From positions 36,208,001 through 36,272,000 of the forward strand of contig NC_092351.1 of the NCBI RefSeq assembly GCF_963676685.1: a stretch of DNA of 64,000 nucleotides, written 5' to 3'. The DNA comes from Mytilus edulis (Eukaryota). The notes below the pieces were generated by a model. That model did not search any database and was not told the origin of the DNA. It saw only the letters and a list, made by a program, of their open reading frames with translations. Position numbers and translations under genes: made by a program. Shown here one piece after another: positions 36,001-49,930 of the stretch; within the stretch, counting starts at the first letter, position 1; the number at the start of each line of letters is the position of its first letter.

Positions 36001-39000
36001 ACCTGGTTTTGTGGCATGCCAAACCTCGCACTTTTATGGCCATGTGAAATATAACATCAAAATGACAACACAGGACTACAATATAAATAAATTGGAGAAC
36101 ACAATTGACAAAGAATCACACGAACAACAGCCAACAAAAGGCAACAAGTTAAAAATTTTAATACGCCAGAAGTGTATTTTGTCCACACAAGACCTATATG
36201 TGACGCACAGATACAAAAGTTTGAAAGCCGAAACGAGTACAAAGTTGAACAGCATCGAGGACCAAAAGATCTAAAAGGTTGTGCCAAAAACGGCAAGGGT
36301 TTTCTGTTAAGTTACCAGAAAATCCCTATAATTTAGAGTAATTTATACTTTTGCAAACAGTAAATTTAATAAAATGAATATACAAAAGATGTACATGATA
36401 AAGCTGAAGTATTAACTAATTACAGGAAACAACTGAAATACATTTACATAACCAGACATTTGAAACACAAAAGTAGACACATCCGAATACGTTTAAACCT
36501 CTACGCCAAGTGACGTCCTATTTGAAACTGAAAAATGACGAAAAGATGACGTCATTTGAATTAGTAAAACAGAGCATCAAAAAATGAAAAATGACGTCAC
36601 ATAAGAATGAATAAGATAGAATTAGGATTAATTTAAGATTATATATTTGAACTAAATGCTGATATTGCATTTAATAACAAAGCACATTTTAATTCTTATT
36701 AATATAAAACTGAGGTAGCAATTAACTATATTATAAAACTATGCCAGGTTTGTTATGAATCTAACTTCAAACGTAAAATATCGTACTGATTACTTTGAAC
36801 GAAATCAAATCTGATAAATGAAGGCGGTGATTAATTTTCTTTACCATAACACATAAATATAAAAGAAAAGACGTCAACACATTTGACAAAATCCGATGAG
36901 AATTACAAATATAACATTAAACATTTAAACTAAATACATGAATTTGGGATGGATAAGTACCGTACCACGTCTTATAGTAATGCAAGTTCACACTCGGCAA
37001 AACAGTCACAATCGGGAATAAGTCACGTTTGGTAATTAAAAGATTAGACGACATTATGACAAAACACAATCTACCATGTGGTAAAAATGTCCTTAGCTAG
37101 TTTGGTCAACGAAACATCGTATGGATCCATCAAATCGTGATGGTGTCCATAAACTATTCCTGAAAAGCCTTAGTATTCCAAAAATAAAAGTTTTGTAAAC
37201 AGTTAACTTATAATCATGACCATATTAATGATAATTCGTTTCAACACAGAAGTGCAATTTTTTTAAAGCTGTATCGATTTTATGTAATTCATATTTTCTG
37301 GCAGAGAATTGCAAGAAGAAAATCATTTTATGCTGGCAATGGCTGCTCGATTATGCTTATGTGCAAGTAATACAGACGGATGCAGTGCATATGATAACGA
37401 ACTTGGGTATTCATCCTATGGAAACGTGAAAATGAGAGAATTTACAGAAAGTATGAATTTCATTGCACAGGCACTAATAACTATGGGAAATGAGCAGTAA
37501 GTATACGATTAACTCAGACCCCAAAAATATCATGCCAAAAGTTACTGATTTCTTCAGGTTTGGAAAATGTGTGCAACATGCAAGACTAAATGCAAAGCTA
37601 TGATGTCCGGATTTGGCTTTACTTTAGGTCCTTTTTCGTTTGATCAACTCTACATTTGTATAAGTTCTGATTTTTCAGATATTACGAGCATCACTAAAGA
37701 CACATTATTTGTCGAAATGCGCATATGGTGTAGCAAAGTGGATACCGTTAAGGTTAAACTGTATCTTGCCATACGGTTTGTAAATCTGGAATTACTGTAA
37801 TTTAAACTAATAAGCCTACCTTTTAATTTTCAAAAAAAATCAAAAAAATCGCGACATCTGTGCTAAAACAGTTAACACGCTTTCAATTTCAGTAGTTATG
37901 AAGTAAATTTACTATATTTACATGTAATTTTTAAAGGCGGTGGTGTGACAAAACGATGCGTGAAGAAATAGAAGAATTAAAGAACGAAATATCAACGCTT
38001 CAGAAACAATTAAAAGAATCTCGTCTTAGTAAAATTAAAGAAATTAAAGCTACAATTGTCCAGGCACAGTACCAATTTCATTCCGCAAAACAAGATTTTG
38101 AACTAAGGTTAGTATCGTTAAAAACATTTTGTAGTCATAACTTCGTTAAATACATAAATTGAAATGTGTTCAAAAAGTAAACACTTGTTTTGGAGAATAT
38201 GTTGAATAAAATCATTTAATCATTTGATAACGTCATTAAATTATGATGCCATTGAAAAAATGTAGTTTTTATTTACGTTTCAGTAAACACAGACTAGTTT
38301 TATAAATATCTAGAAATAACTAGTGTAGAGCACAATGGTAACACAGACTGATTTTATGTGAGCAAGTCGATACACACTAAATGCACATCCTGTATAAATA
38401 TCTGTTTATGCGGGGCTTGTGTTCTATACTTTCTTGGTCTCTGTGGGTACACTTGTTATATGTAAGAACTATTCCACTGAAAACCTTAGATTGAGCAATT
38501 CGAACCCCAAACTCAAGCTTTGAGTGAACGAATGTTTCACCTTATGTGTTGCTCATTGACGTACAAATCCGGTATAATGAATCAATACATTTGGTTGTTA
38601 CAATCGATGATCAGAGAACAGGATTGTTGTTACAACTGGAACATATCCGTGATCATCTGTGACACAGGCATAATCTTACGGTCAGGCAACGAATGAAAAC
38701 ATCAGTTAGATTAGATTTTTAGATTTTAACAGCCGTCCTTATTCTGTCGACACACCCCAGTCTCTCACTTTTGAAATTCATCAGTTTTTATTCGGTTTTT
38801 CTAACTTGATTGGTTTTTATCTTGATCATGGATTTATGAGATTTGAACACTGGTCAACTACTTGTGTCTCTCCATAGCTCTGTTTGATGGATAGTTTTGT
38901 CTACACACAAATGATTAAAATTTGAACATAAAGTTCAGTTCATATGTAACTACTGCAAATGTATAAAACAGTAAGTTTGTTTTACAATATTGACTCAAGG

Positions 39001-40929
39001 TGGTACCTAACACTACAGGGAGATAACTCTGTAAAGTCAGCTAAACGTTTTGATTACGTTGTGTTGTAAAAGGAATATTAAGCTTCTCAATGATCAAAAT
39101 TGGTGTTTGTCAAATTGCTATATAACCAGTGTAATTTTTCTGACAAAACTGTTGGTTCAAATTTTCTTAATTTTTTATATTTTTGTTAAAGTGTCAAAGT
39201 AAATACTGTGACAAAATTATATGAAAATTAAATGAGCCAAATTAATTTTAGTGAAAGTGTTGGGTACTACCTTAATTGAGAATTCTTAAATCTAAACGAA
39301 AACTTTACATTTTTTTTTGTCAGGAAAATGACAGTTTGATAAGTGACTTTCGGTTTTGAATTTTCCATGGAGTTTGGTAATTTTGTCAATTTACTTTTGT
39401 ACAATAAGTCATATTTGAATATTCTATTAAAGAGTTGAGAGAACAGAAAAGGAATTATACATGCTGAAATCACATCTCATAGATCTTCAGGCTGAGAACG
39501 AAAGTCTGCGGCAGAAAATGAGGAATGCAAAACTTCTTTTTACAGAATGGCACTCCACAAGCTCAAGGTACACACACGTTATATTTTGTTTTAGTTCGCA
39601 TTGGTAAGCCAATGTATGACCATTTGTTTTTCTGAAGGTAAATATGCCATATGACATGCATCCCTTTTCTGCCGTTCCTAATGTTCTATATGATAAAATT
39701 CGGATCAATATCATGTTTGAAACTGATGTCACATTATAGTGATTGCTATTGCAATGAAGCCCAGATTATAACGACACGCTCTGTAGGTGAATCATAAATA
39801 CCATGCTTTACTTTATGTAATTCCGAATTTAAGTTTGAAATTTTACCTTGACAAGTTCTAATCGAAAAAATTCTACAATACATTTATTCGGAGATATACT
39901 TAGTCTGAATAAGAAACAGTAGTCGAATACAAACTGATAAAACCATGAACAAACAAAGTAGTAAGAAAAAAGCCAACAGTTTTAAAAAAACACTTTGAAG
40001 AAGACTGAAGACTGAGAAACATGAACCATCGAAACTTGGAGTGTTCAATACTTTAAACTGAATAAAAGGACAAATACAAGTGTCATTTCATTAAGTTGAA
40101 AACCGTTTATCGAAATGGTTAACTGTTTGTATACTCTTAAACAAGAGATATTTATACAGATTTATAAGTACCAATATATGTAATTTTTATGAATTTTTCA
40201 GGGTATCTTCTGCCTTGAATCAAGACATGTCTGTTTTTGAGTTGAAGAAAGAAAATGAGCTACTGAAAAAAGATCTGCAACAGATTGATAGTGACAGAAA
40301 CCGTTTGAAAGAAGAAGTAACGACAACCGTGCATCAGCTGTTGAGGACAAGTAATAGCTCTCCAAGGTTAAATTACAGTTATACATACTATATAAAAATA
40401 ATACTAGCGTTACACTTGAATATGATAAATAAAACGTAGAAACTATTAATTCTATCAAATTTTTGTGCATGGAAAACTGTGTGCATACTTGACTTCGTTT
40501 GCTTCTAGTTTATTTTAATCAGATAAAATCTCAAGCTTTTCACTGTTGTGAAAACAAATATTCAAACTTGCATTGGGTATCAACGTTTTTTCTTCTTCTA
40601 AACCATTTACCAAAAACATATTAATTTTAAAGTGTTTTGAAATTTAGGCCTACAGTTGGAGACAATTATGATTCAGAGGACAATGACAGCAATGGAAATT
40701 TAGATTGCAGGAATCAGAACACGTACGTAATATGTATGAGCTATAATACAAATAACAATATGTACATAGAATACAAATCAACATAACTTCAAATCAGAAA
40801 CAAATGTAATGAAAACTAGTTATTTATGTGTGAACTTGCAAATGGGTAAAGGGAATTATATGTGTTTTTTGTTTGTTTATTTCTAGATACATTCGTAGGC
40901 ACTATCTGTTTTCAATAATCCTCAAATAA
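33040..40929 (+). CDS. Tandem-CRIB (PBD) plus coiled-coil protein, ~331 aa, no kinase domain seen
   Basis: Exons 33040-33254 (ISKPTKFQHNIHATFDPHIG; ISGPTEFKHNIHAKCDPRTG), 37305-37496, 37937-38107, 39433-39567, 40202-40366, 40648-40722, 40887-40929. All introns are GT-AG, phase 2, with an open frame. Heptad-rich exons (MREEIEELKNEISTLQKQLKE; LKKENELLKKDLQQI). The last exon is uncertain. Confidence 0.78.
33296..33568. mobile_element. Long-hairpin MITE (Tc1/mariner-like TA-CAG...CTG-TA ends)
   Basis: About 125-bp imperfect arms, TTACAGCAGATTCCATTGAGTGTGTAGC / GCTACACACTCAATGGAATCCACTGTAA, around a short loop. Confidence 0.8.
35612..37155 (+). repeat. Long composite interspersed repeat in intron 1 of the CRIB gene
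   Basis: Starts AATAAAGGCAACAGTAGTATACCGCTGTT (cf. 27435), has an internal duplication AAATACATGAATTTGGGAT..CAAGTACCGT (35812 and 36932), and shares segments with 13720-13900. Confidence 0.6.
38999..39271. mobile_element. MITE with TTAA-type target site
   Basis: TIR GGTGGTACCTAACACT / AGTGTTGGGTACTACC, flanked by TCAA and TTAA. Confidence 0.7.
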
Positions 40930-41620
40930 ACAAACAATTGAGATTTCCAAAGAAGAAAAATTACTGAATAAATCCAAGAAAGCGTAAAAAGATGTATCTA
41001 AAAAAATAATAGAGTTACAGAGACAAAAGTTGTACAAATAAACGTTATTAAAAACTAAGACATTGGTTTTACGTTGATAATATTACTTAAACAACACCAA
41101 TAAAGAGTAAAATAGCAAGACTACAGAACTCCAAAGGAAATGGTAAAACAAGTGCTCAAACATGATAGAAAATAAAACCAAAGACATCTACCTCATAAAT
41201 CATCGACCCATCTCAAAGTTAAAATTGCGTTAAAATTCATCATACATGTAGTTTTCATGCATATCATTAAGTACCTTGTCAGGAATATGACAGTTGACAT
41301 CCATTCGTTTGATGTGTTTGAGCTTTTAATTTTGCCATTTGATTAAGGAATTCCGTTTTGAATTTTCCTCGGTGTTCAGTATTTTTGTGATTTTACATTT
41401 TAGTACATCAGACGCGCATTTTTTAAAACGTGATATTCATCAGTTGCGGTTGATTAACATCCGAAAAATATGCCATATATCATTTGTGTAAATCGGTGAT
41501 CATAATAATATATGTTGTCTGGCTTTAAATTTTACACTGAAATCATGCGGTGACATATGTTTATATATTTACCACTGGAATATATTGCTAATGATATACT
41601 TTGCATAGTTTCAGGATTAA

Positions 41621-42026
41621 GGATGTACTTAGGTGAGGTTTTGGAATTTGTGACAAATATTCGGACTCCTTTGTGTTTTTTTCCATACAATACAATGTAA
41701 AATATTTTGCCCCATAACACCCATTTATTTTTTCATATAAGACTAAATAGCCCATGAAAAGGCAATTACCAAAATTTTAGAAGATTCTTAATTTTCGTTC
41801 TTTTGTTTTGAGACCTTATAATACCAATGGTTATGCAAATATAAGGTAAAAGTCCGAGTCAGCCTTTTCCCGCCATATTTTAAATCCCAAATATCTCGAA
41901 AAGGAGGTCCATGACCTATCAATATTTTTTGCTTATTTTTATCCTTAATTGATGCTCTACCAGATAATGTATCAATTTTAACTTCTTAATTAATTAATTT
42001 TTACCTAACCTCGCCTAAGTACATCC
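41621..42026. mobile_element. TTAA-TSD MITE (Kolobok/piggyBac-type target)
   Basis: TTAA|GGATGTACTTAGGTGAGGTT ... AACCTCGCCTAAGTACATCC|TTAA. Confidence 0.85.
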
Positions 42027-45000
42027 TTAAAAAAATACTTCATCAATGGTTTATTAGTTTGATGATGTTTATGATTATATTAGAGTGAATTACTAGTCTG
42101 TCACGTGTGAGTGATACTAAATCATATGATATCAACATATTTTACAAGAGTCACACTGGTGTCCCATTTTGAGCAAAATGAGTTTTTCTCTACGGACATT
42201 ACTCTTTGGTTTTGGTGGTTTTCATGTTGCTTCGTTTTTGGGTTGTGTTTTGTATACCGTTTACTTGGCATTGTCAGTTCGTTTTCGTCTATTTGATTGA
42301 TCCTTTGGTATTGTTCGCCTCTCTGTTATTATGTGTTGATGCATTAGTGAATAAAAATTGAACTGAAGCTGTCTTTTCTTTTTATCTGTAAAGTTCTTTA
42401 AAGAATGAACATCAAAATATTTTAAAAGTCATGTTCAGTCATTCAGGGGATTGTCAGATTATTTAACTACGACAAATTCATTATCATTTGGACTTGCAGT
42501 CTTTCAACATATGTTAGGTCTTTGTTTAGATGTTTTAGTAGCTGTTGTTCAACTGTAACGTGCAACTACATACAGAATTGTTTGAAGAGCTAGTTTTGGA
42601 TTGACTACGGGTCAAATGTACTAAGTTTACAGCATGCAAATATCTTCAGAAATAACTTATATTCTTAATCAAACTGGATAGGTTCCTACTTTTCAGATGA
42701 TGTCAAAATGACAGGATAAGTCCGAAATTTCCCCATTTTAATTCTATCATCACATGACTTCTACATGAACTTTTAATATACTTCTCAAATTAAAATACAG
42801 AGGCTCGCCACAAAACTCTATTCAGTAAAGTTGAATGTACAGTGATAGTTTTGGATCTTTAGTCTCGATGTTTTTTAATTATGTTAATAGTATTAAGCTG
42901 CATAAAATTTCGTCTCTTGCACACTGCAATTAGCAATAAAAGCTTTATATTTCAGCACATCTTCTGGAAAACAAGTAAGCTATACCATAACAGCAAGCGC
43001 AGTAAATTTTATCGACAAATCAAGTGTGAAATATGATCATAGAGGAGGGGAGATAAGCGAAACAATTATTTGAAACGAAGACTTACAAAATGATAAAAAA
43101 TGAATAGCATATTTCTTTATTGCATATAGTTTTACAGTAGTGTTGTAAATACTCGATTGTAAAAAATGTATTGTATATAAAAATTTGAAACTGACATTTA
43201 TATCATTCATATTTGCATATAGTGAATAATGTGCCATTTGTATATAAAATATTCGTAGTAAAACATATTGTTCTTGTGTATTGTTGATTATCAAATCTAA
43301 TTAAAGGTCAGGATGAATATATATTGGGGTGCCTAAAGAAATAGTGCTGGTTTTGTGTTTTTAAAAAGTTTTTATAAAATAGATAGCACATAACGAAGTG
43401 ACAATTAAAAACTATTGGATATTTTTCTTCTAAATTCTTTATTGCAAAACAAACAAAAAACAATTTTGGTCAATGCAATACAAGCACAAAACAAAACTTA
43501 ACAAAAAAAGATAAATAGATATTGAAAACGACAATTCATGTAAATTATAATTATTCACAGCGAAACTGTTTGACATACAACTGATATTTCCCTGGCAACA
43601 CAATATTAGTTACATAGTATGCTAGTGACTTTACGATATATACGGGGGTCAGTAAATTCCATCTCCGCTGAGAGCGAAAATATAATGCAAATACGTAATA
43701 TTTGGCAAAGGATAAAACTGTGTATTGCAACCTCAATAGATAAACAGGAGTATACCAAGATGGGTACTTACAAGTCGGGTTGATTGTTCAGAATGTCTTA
43801 CCAGAGTATGCTTGTGACATATACAATATATACGGGGTGAGTCAATTCCATATGCGTTGAGAGCAAACAACAAAATATAATGCAGATATGTGATCTGTCC
43901 CAATATGTAGCCAATGTAAAAAAAACAAACACACAGAATATGCACAGTAAAACTAAGTGTAAAAGAAGTCCGAGTCCGATGTCTTAATAGGTTAAAAAAA
44001 GAAACTAAACAAAATGACAATGATACTTAAATTAACAAAGGACTACTAGCAGTTACTGACATGCTAGCTCCAGACATCAATTACACTGATTGAAAGATTA
44101 TGTCTTCATCATATGAATATCAAGCACAATCCATCCCGTTAGGAGTTTAGTATCATACCATCATAAAATATATGAGAAGATCATAACCCGTATCATGCCA
44201 ACAACTGGTTTTAGAATACTGTATGTGCAGCCCTGTAGCTGTCGTTTGGTGCATTGTATCATAGAAGTAAAATGAAAGTCAATATAATACGTCCATCGTT
44301 GTATCGGTCGGTAAATATATCATAAACGTATAATTCGTCGCATATTTCTTATCCCAGGTATAGATTACCTTAGCCGTATTTGGCACAACTTTTTGGAAAT
44401 TTGGATCCTCAACGCTCTTCAACTTTGTACTTGTTTGGCTTTATAATTATTTTGATATGAGCGTCACTGATGAGTCTTATGTAGACTAAACGCGCGTCTG
44501 GCGTACTAAATTTTAATCCTGGTACTTTTGATAACTATTTATTCATATCAAGATCTACTAAAGCATAACCGTTAATGCAAACAGTTAATTAATCTCAATC
44601 AGAAAGTAGTGCCAAACTTATAATAGCCAAAGACCTAGTTCATATTACAGATCAATTAACGAACAACAAGTATAAAATACAGCAACCAACCACGTTAGTT
44701 TTAGTACCAAAACTGCAATACTGTTTGTTTTTCACTTTGCACTTAATATACTATTTTCTATGTGTGTAACTAGTGAGGCAAGCAAAGCAGTGTAGTCATC
44801 CACGTGTTTTTGTTCTATGTACTTATATGCAGCTGATGAGTTCAGGCTTTTATAGGTCGTTTTGATGTTGTACTGTTTCACAACTGTCACAGGTTAGGGG
44901 ATGGTTGGATGATATGTATGTATGTGACTGTCCGAAGTCATGAGCCTGTAATTCAGTGGTTGTCGTTTGTTGCTGTGTTACATAGTTGTTTTTCGTTCAT

Positions 45001-45982
45001 TTCTTTTGAACATTAATTAGGACGTTCGTTTTCTCGTTTGAATCGTTTGACATTTGTAATTTCGGTGACCTATATCTGTAAATTTTTGTGTCATTTGGTT
45101 TCATGTGGAGAGTTGTCTCATTGACAATCATACCACAGCTTCTTTTGAATATTGAGTAAGTGGTATAAAAATCAAACATTGAGTATTATGTGAAAATAAA
45201 AATGATTTAATCCGAATCCTGTACTCAAGCACCTATTCAATCAACGAAAGTACTGACTTACAGGTTACTGACAGACAGGCACGTTAATAATGCGGCGGAG
45301 TTAAACATGTTACTGAAGTAAAAGAAGCTGCGTGTAACGTAATATTATAAACCGTCAACTTTCAAAGCACCTATCTTCGTTTAACATCACTGTATGGGTC
45401 ATTTGAATCAACCTTGTGTTTGAAAAAAGTACTAGGTGATTACAAAAATAAATATCCAAAGTTTATTAATTGGGTCAAAACTGCGGAATCAACACACAAA
45501 AATTAATACAGAAAATTTGTGAATATTTACCAAGATGTAAATAAACACAGCAAATGTATGTACTTAAAAAGTTTTCTGATTGAGTTTCATTGAGTGCATG
45601 TTTCCCCTATCACAAAACAATGTTATATGTACAATGCATGCTTTATTTTATTCAAAATGTTTAAATATAAATCACGCAAACCTTTCGTATATCATTACCA
45701 ACAATTTATGAAAATATTATTTCTATCACTATACTATTTTAAATGAATGAATGGATCACAATAAAGATGCAATTGTGTGTCGAATTATTTTTCAATGTTC
45801 TGTAATTAAAACATATTTAAAAACGCAATCCATATACAATGGTTCAATATATTTTGATTATTCAAAAGACACAACACAGTGACCTAAAGTTGATTACTTC
45901 TCTGAGTCATTTGGATAGTTGTTTCATTCGCAATCACTCCACATCTCCTTATTTGTATCTGTATCTAAAAAAATACATGTAG

Positions 45983-47135
45983 AATGGAACTAAACTCTAC
46001 AGGAAACTTCAAGCGGATTATAAAAGAATCTGGATATCATTCTAGACTCCGATTGTCATTGTGTATTTTTGAAAATGTGCCACCTAGACTAGAAAAATGT
46101 CGGACCGATACAAACTTCCTACCAAAAATAAGTAGAGAGAACACCAGGACTCCAAGAAGAAGGTAAATGAATTATCCCATATTTCTATTAAAGCACATTA
46201 CAATTCAATTTACCAATATTTAGTTGGTTTTTGTTTGTTTGTTCGTGTTTGTTTTTAGTTTTAAAAGACATTTTATTGTTTTTTTCCCTCATGACAATAG
46301 TGAATAAAGTGATATATAATTGTGCCTTGGATAAAAGGAATAATTTGTACAAGAATGACAATGTTGATTACTCAAGTGTGTGGTATTCCTTTCCAATGAA
46401 TCTACATGAATGTATCAAGGGTTTTCAAATAGGGAGGGACCCATCATCAACTGATTAGGAATAGCAAAAAAGGAACATAGACAAAATATTTCCGTCTGCA
46501 AATTTGAGGGTGGAGTCGGGCCATCCTTGGCTCTGGATCTGCCCTAATGTTTTGCTACATTTATAAAGATATGATTGAGCGCTGATTGGACCCACCTTCA
46601 AAATAGGTATGAGAATCCAAACGGTGACCTCACATATTGCCAGCGGTGAACAAAATTGCACTAATACTTTTTGGAAAATAAATAAACAAATGAAGTGGGT
46701 TTTTTTTATACATTTTTGTCACATGTTTTGTGTAAATGATAACATTAATGAAATGGTTTACCATTCTAGTTTCGATAGATTTTATATATGCTGATGTGGA
46801 TTGTAGTGCTTTAAGTTGCAGGACGCCATTATATGGATTTGTCAAGGCTATTGATAATTACTAAATTTATAATTTTAAGCATTTTGCGAATGGTCTATCC
46901 TCTTAAAAGACTAACCGGAAACAATTGGTGATACGACAAATCTTTTTATTGAAATTTTCTGTTAATTTGTAGTTCATCGTTGAATATCAATATGTTAGAG
47001 TCATGTATATATACGTTTATTTTCAGAAGGAAATCAGAAAATGATTTACGAAGATCTAAAAGTTACAAAACCAGATCGAGATTCCTTACAACATTGTTTC
47101 CGGAAGAAAACGTTAATGAGGTGCCAGCTATGCAG
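45983..47135 (+). CDS. Two probable internal exons of an uncharacterised basic protein (possible continuation of the CRIB gene)
   Basis: 45983-46162 (TAG..AG|GTAAAT, phase 2-2, MELNSTGNFKRII...RTPRRR) and 47027-47135 (TTTTCAG..CAG|GTACTT, RKSENDLRRSKSYKTRSRF...) join in frame. Confidence 0.5.
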
Positions 47136-48780
47136 GTACTTGTAAAATCCTACAAATCTATTTTACTATTATACTCTGCCATCATTTAAATAGACGACTC
47201 GATTCATCATTTAATTTTTTTTTCAGAGTGTGTAGAATGTTTCCTTCATAATCAATATGAACCTTGCTAACGACATTATAAGAACCCGCCGTTTATACTC
47301 ATCCCAATTCAAGCATATTTTTTTTTCATTGTATATTTGTAATCATAGAAATTTTCATCGATCTCCTATTTTCTTTAGATAATTCTTTCGATGTGAGCCT
47401 AAAGACGTGGTCAATATTTTTTTGGCATCATTGAAACCCCTTAGGCGATCCCTAGATGGCCTCTGGTTTTCTGTCTCATTGAAGTTTACGCTACATTTTA
47501 ATTTATTCATATTCGATTTTAGAACACAGAGAATAATATATAACTAAAACTTTCATACATGGTAAACACACAGCAATAATGAGAACGGATGTACATGTCA
47601 TGTATAATTTTATCATGAATTATAAATTAAGCAATGCAAAATGATATCTATAAATGATGATATTATATCTTGATGTGACAGTAAATTGAAGTTTTATGTC
47701 TTCAGGGATTAATTCATATTACACTTACAAAATATGCACTATACATTATGTTATAAGTTGAATCTAATGATGTTCAACTAATTTTACTCTGAAAAAATAT
47801 GATAAATATGAGGCTACTAGAAAGCAACCAATAACGTCACTAATATCAAATATACATCTCGTGGTCAACATGTAAGATCTTTAACAATACATAAATGTCT
47901 AAACAATAAATGTCATGAAGTTTTGAAACTTTGACATAAATACAGGAAAACATTGATGCCTATATGAAAAAATAAAACAAACAATATTTTCTTCTACGAA
48001 TGACATGCATGACATCATCGGGATTCGCACGGTCAGGTGAAGGCTTACCAATTAAATACATAACAGAAATTGAAGCCAAATAGGTCAAAATGGAAAATTT
48101 TACCTTTAAAACTTGTCATTTGTTTATTGAAAATTGCATTGGGTTCTTATGTAAATGTAATTATCTTTCGTGAGTTAAAAAAAGGAAGAAAGAAAATAAA
48201 GAATAGGGAAGACAAAAGTCAAGAAGGATTGGCAAGCTATTTAATTAATAAGTCAACTCATAAAGGTAGTTCTTGTTAGAATAAACTTCAAATAACTGAA
48301 TGAAATATCGATGATTTATTATTAGTAGTTTATTAATATAAACAAGAAGTTACTATATTATTGTTTTATCACCAATAAACTGTAAGGAAAACCATACAAT
48401 TATATTTTATTGCATGTTTTATAGATTGAATATATTGCCTAAGCACAAGGTACACTACAACTTAACAACCTAACCAGATATTGTCGTAATATTACAAACT
48501 ATAGATTTGACTTTACAATAAGTCAATTACGGTTAATCAATCTCCCCATCTGATGTTTTAATTGACAAAATTGATTAAATCTATAAAAATAAATAGACGG
48601 ATGCATATCTAAAAGACAGTCTTTTTGAAGTTAACGTAATAGAATTGAAACCGGTGCTACTGAATCTTTCAATATTTATCTTATGCACGCATATATACAT
48701 AGGCCAGGTAATATCGGTCATGTTTTAATTTTAAGTTCTTCGTTGTTCCATGGTTTCAAGTCTCGCACGTTAATTCATAA

Positions 48781-49110
48781 GAACGTAAAAGGACTCGAAC
48801 TCCCCCGGCAGTCCAAGCTCCGATCCGCATAAAGGAAAATAGTTCAAGGAACGGAAACGATCACTGTACGGACTATCATTTTGGGGTTCGATTTCAATGC
48901 AGGAAAATGAATAAAAAGTTCATCCGGAGTAAAACGTCTTCCTACATTAAGTATGCGGACAATTTAGAAAAACTTAAAAGCCGACGAAATATCTACACTT
49001 CACATAGATCTACGTCTTATGGATTGGGTAGGAAGAGAAATAGTGGACGTCTATTATCAATTCGTTCTGAGGGTGATGTTGAAAAAGAAAAGGCGGGAGT
49101 TCTCTTTGAG
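48781..49110 (+). CDS. Probable exon, R/K/S-rich, product unknown
   Basis: 110-codon open frame (ERKRTRTPP...SEGDVEKEKAGVLFE) ending at GAG|GTAATA. The 5' boundary is unclear. Confidence 0.4.
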
Positions 49111-49324
49111 GTAATATTTTAATTACAAATTTCATTGGTTTGACATTTTGAATGCTGGTATGTGTATGATTGGTGTATATGAACCTTGATTTTCGTTTTC
49201 AGTGTTTATACCTTTGATTGAGTGTTTTGTTTAATTGATTATTCAGTGTTTATAACGTCCAGTGGAAAATATGTCTTGCATAAACGACAAGAACAGAACA
49301 GTAGGTATTTTATTTTGTACATCA

Positions 49325-49930
49325 ATTAATACAATTGGGAATGGAAATTGGGAATTTTCAAAGAGAAACAACCCGACCAATGAGCAGAAAACCACCGAAG
49401 GCCACAAATGGCTCTTCAATACAATGAAAGAATCCCGCACCCGCGGGAGGCGTGCTTCAGCTGGCCCTTAAACAATAATATGTATCAGTTGGGTGACAAT
49501 GGACGTCATTCTAAACTCTGAAATATATAAAATAAACTAGAATTAAAATTTATAAAAGACCAACAAAGACCAGGGGCTCCTGACTTGGGACGGGTTAAAC
49601 ATATTTTGGAGATCTCAACCCTCCCCTATATCTCTACTCAATGTAGAAAATAAAAAAAAAACACAGCAATACGCACAGTAAAACTCACTTTAAAAGAAGT
49701 TCGAATCCGATGTCAGAATATGTAACAAAAGAAACTAAACAAAATGAATATGATTCATATATTAGCAAAGGACTACTAGCAGTTACTGAAATGTTAGCTC
49801 CAGACCACCATCAACTGATTGAAAGATTTTATCTTCATCATATGAATATCAAGTACAATTCCCCCGTTAGGGGTTAAGTATCATATCAACATAAAATATA
49901 TGATAAGAACATAACCCGTAACATGCTATC
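49325..49930 (+). repeat. Abundant interspersed repeat (..GGAAATGGGGAATGTGTCAAAGAGACAACAACCCGACC.. family)
   Basis: Related copies at 53355-53546 (+), 54872-55313 (-), 43905-44220 (+), 60530-60958 (-). Confidence 0.85.
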
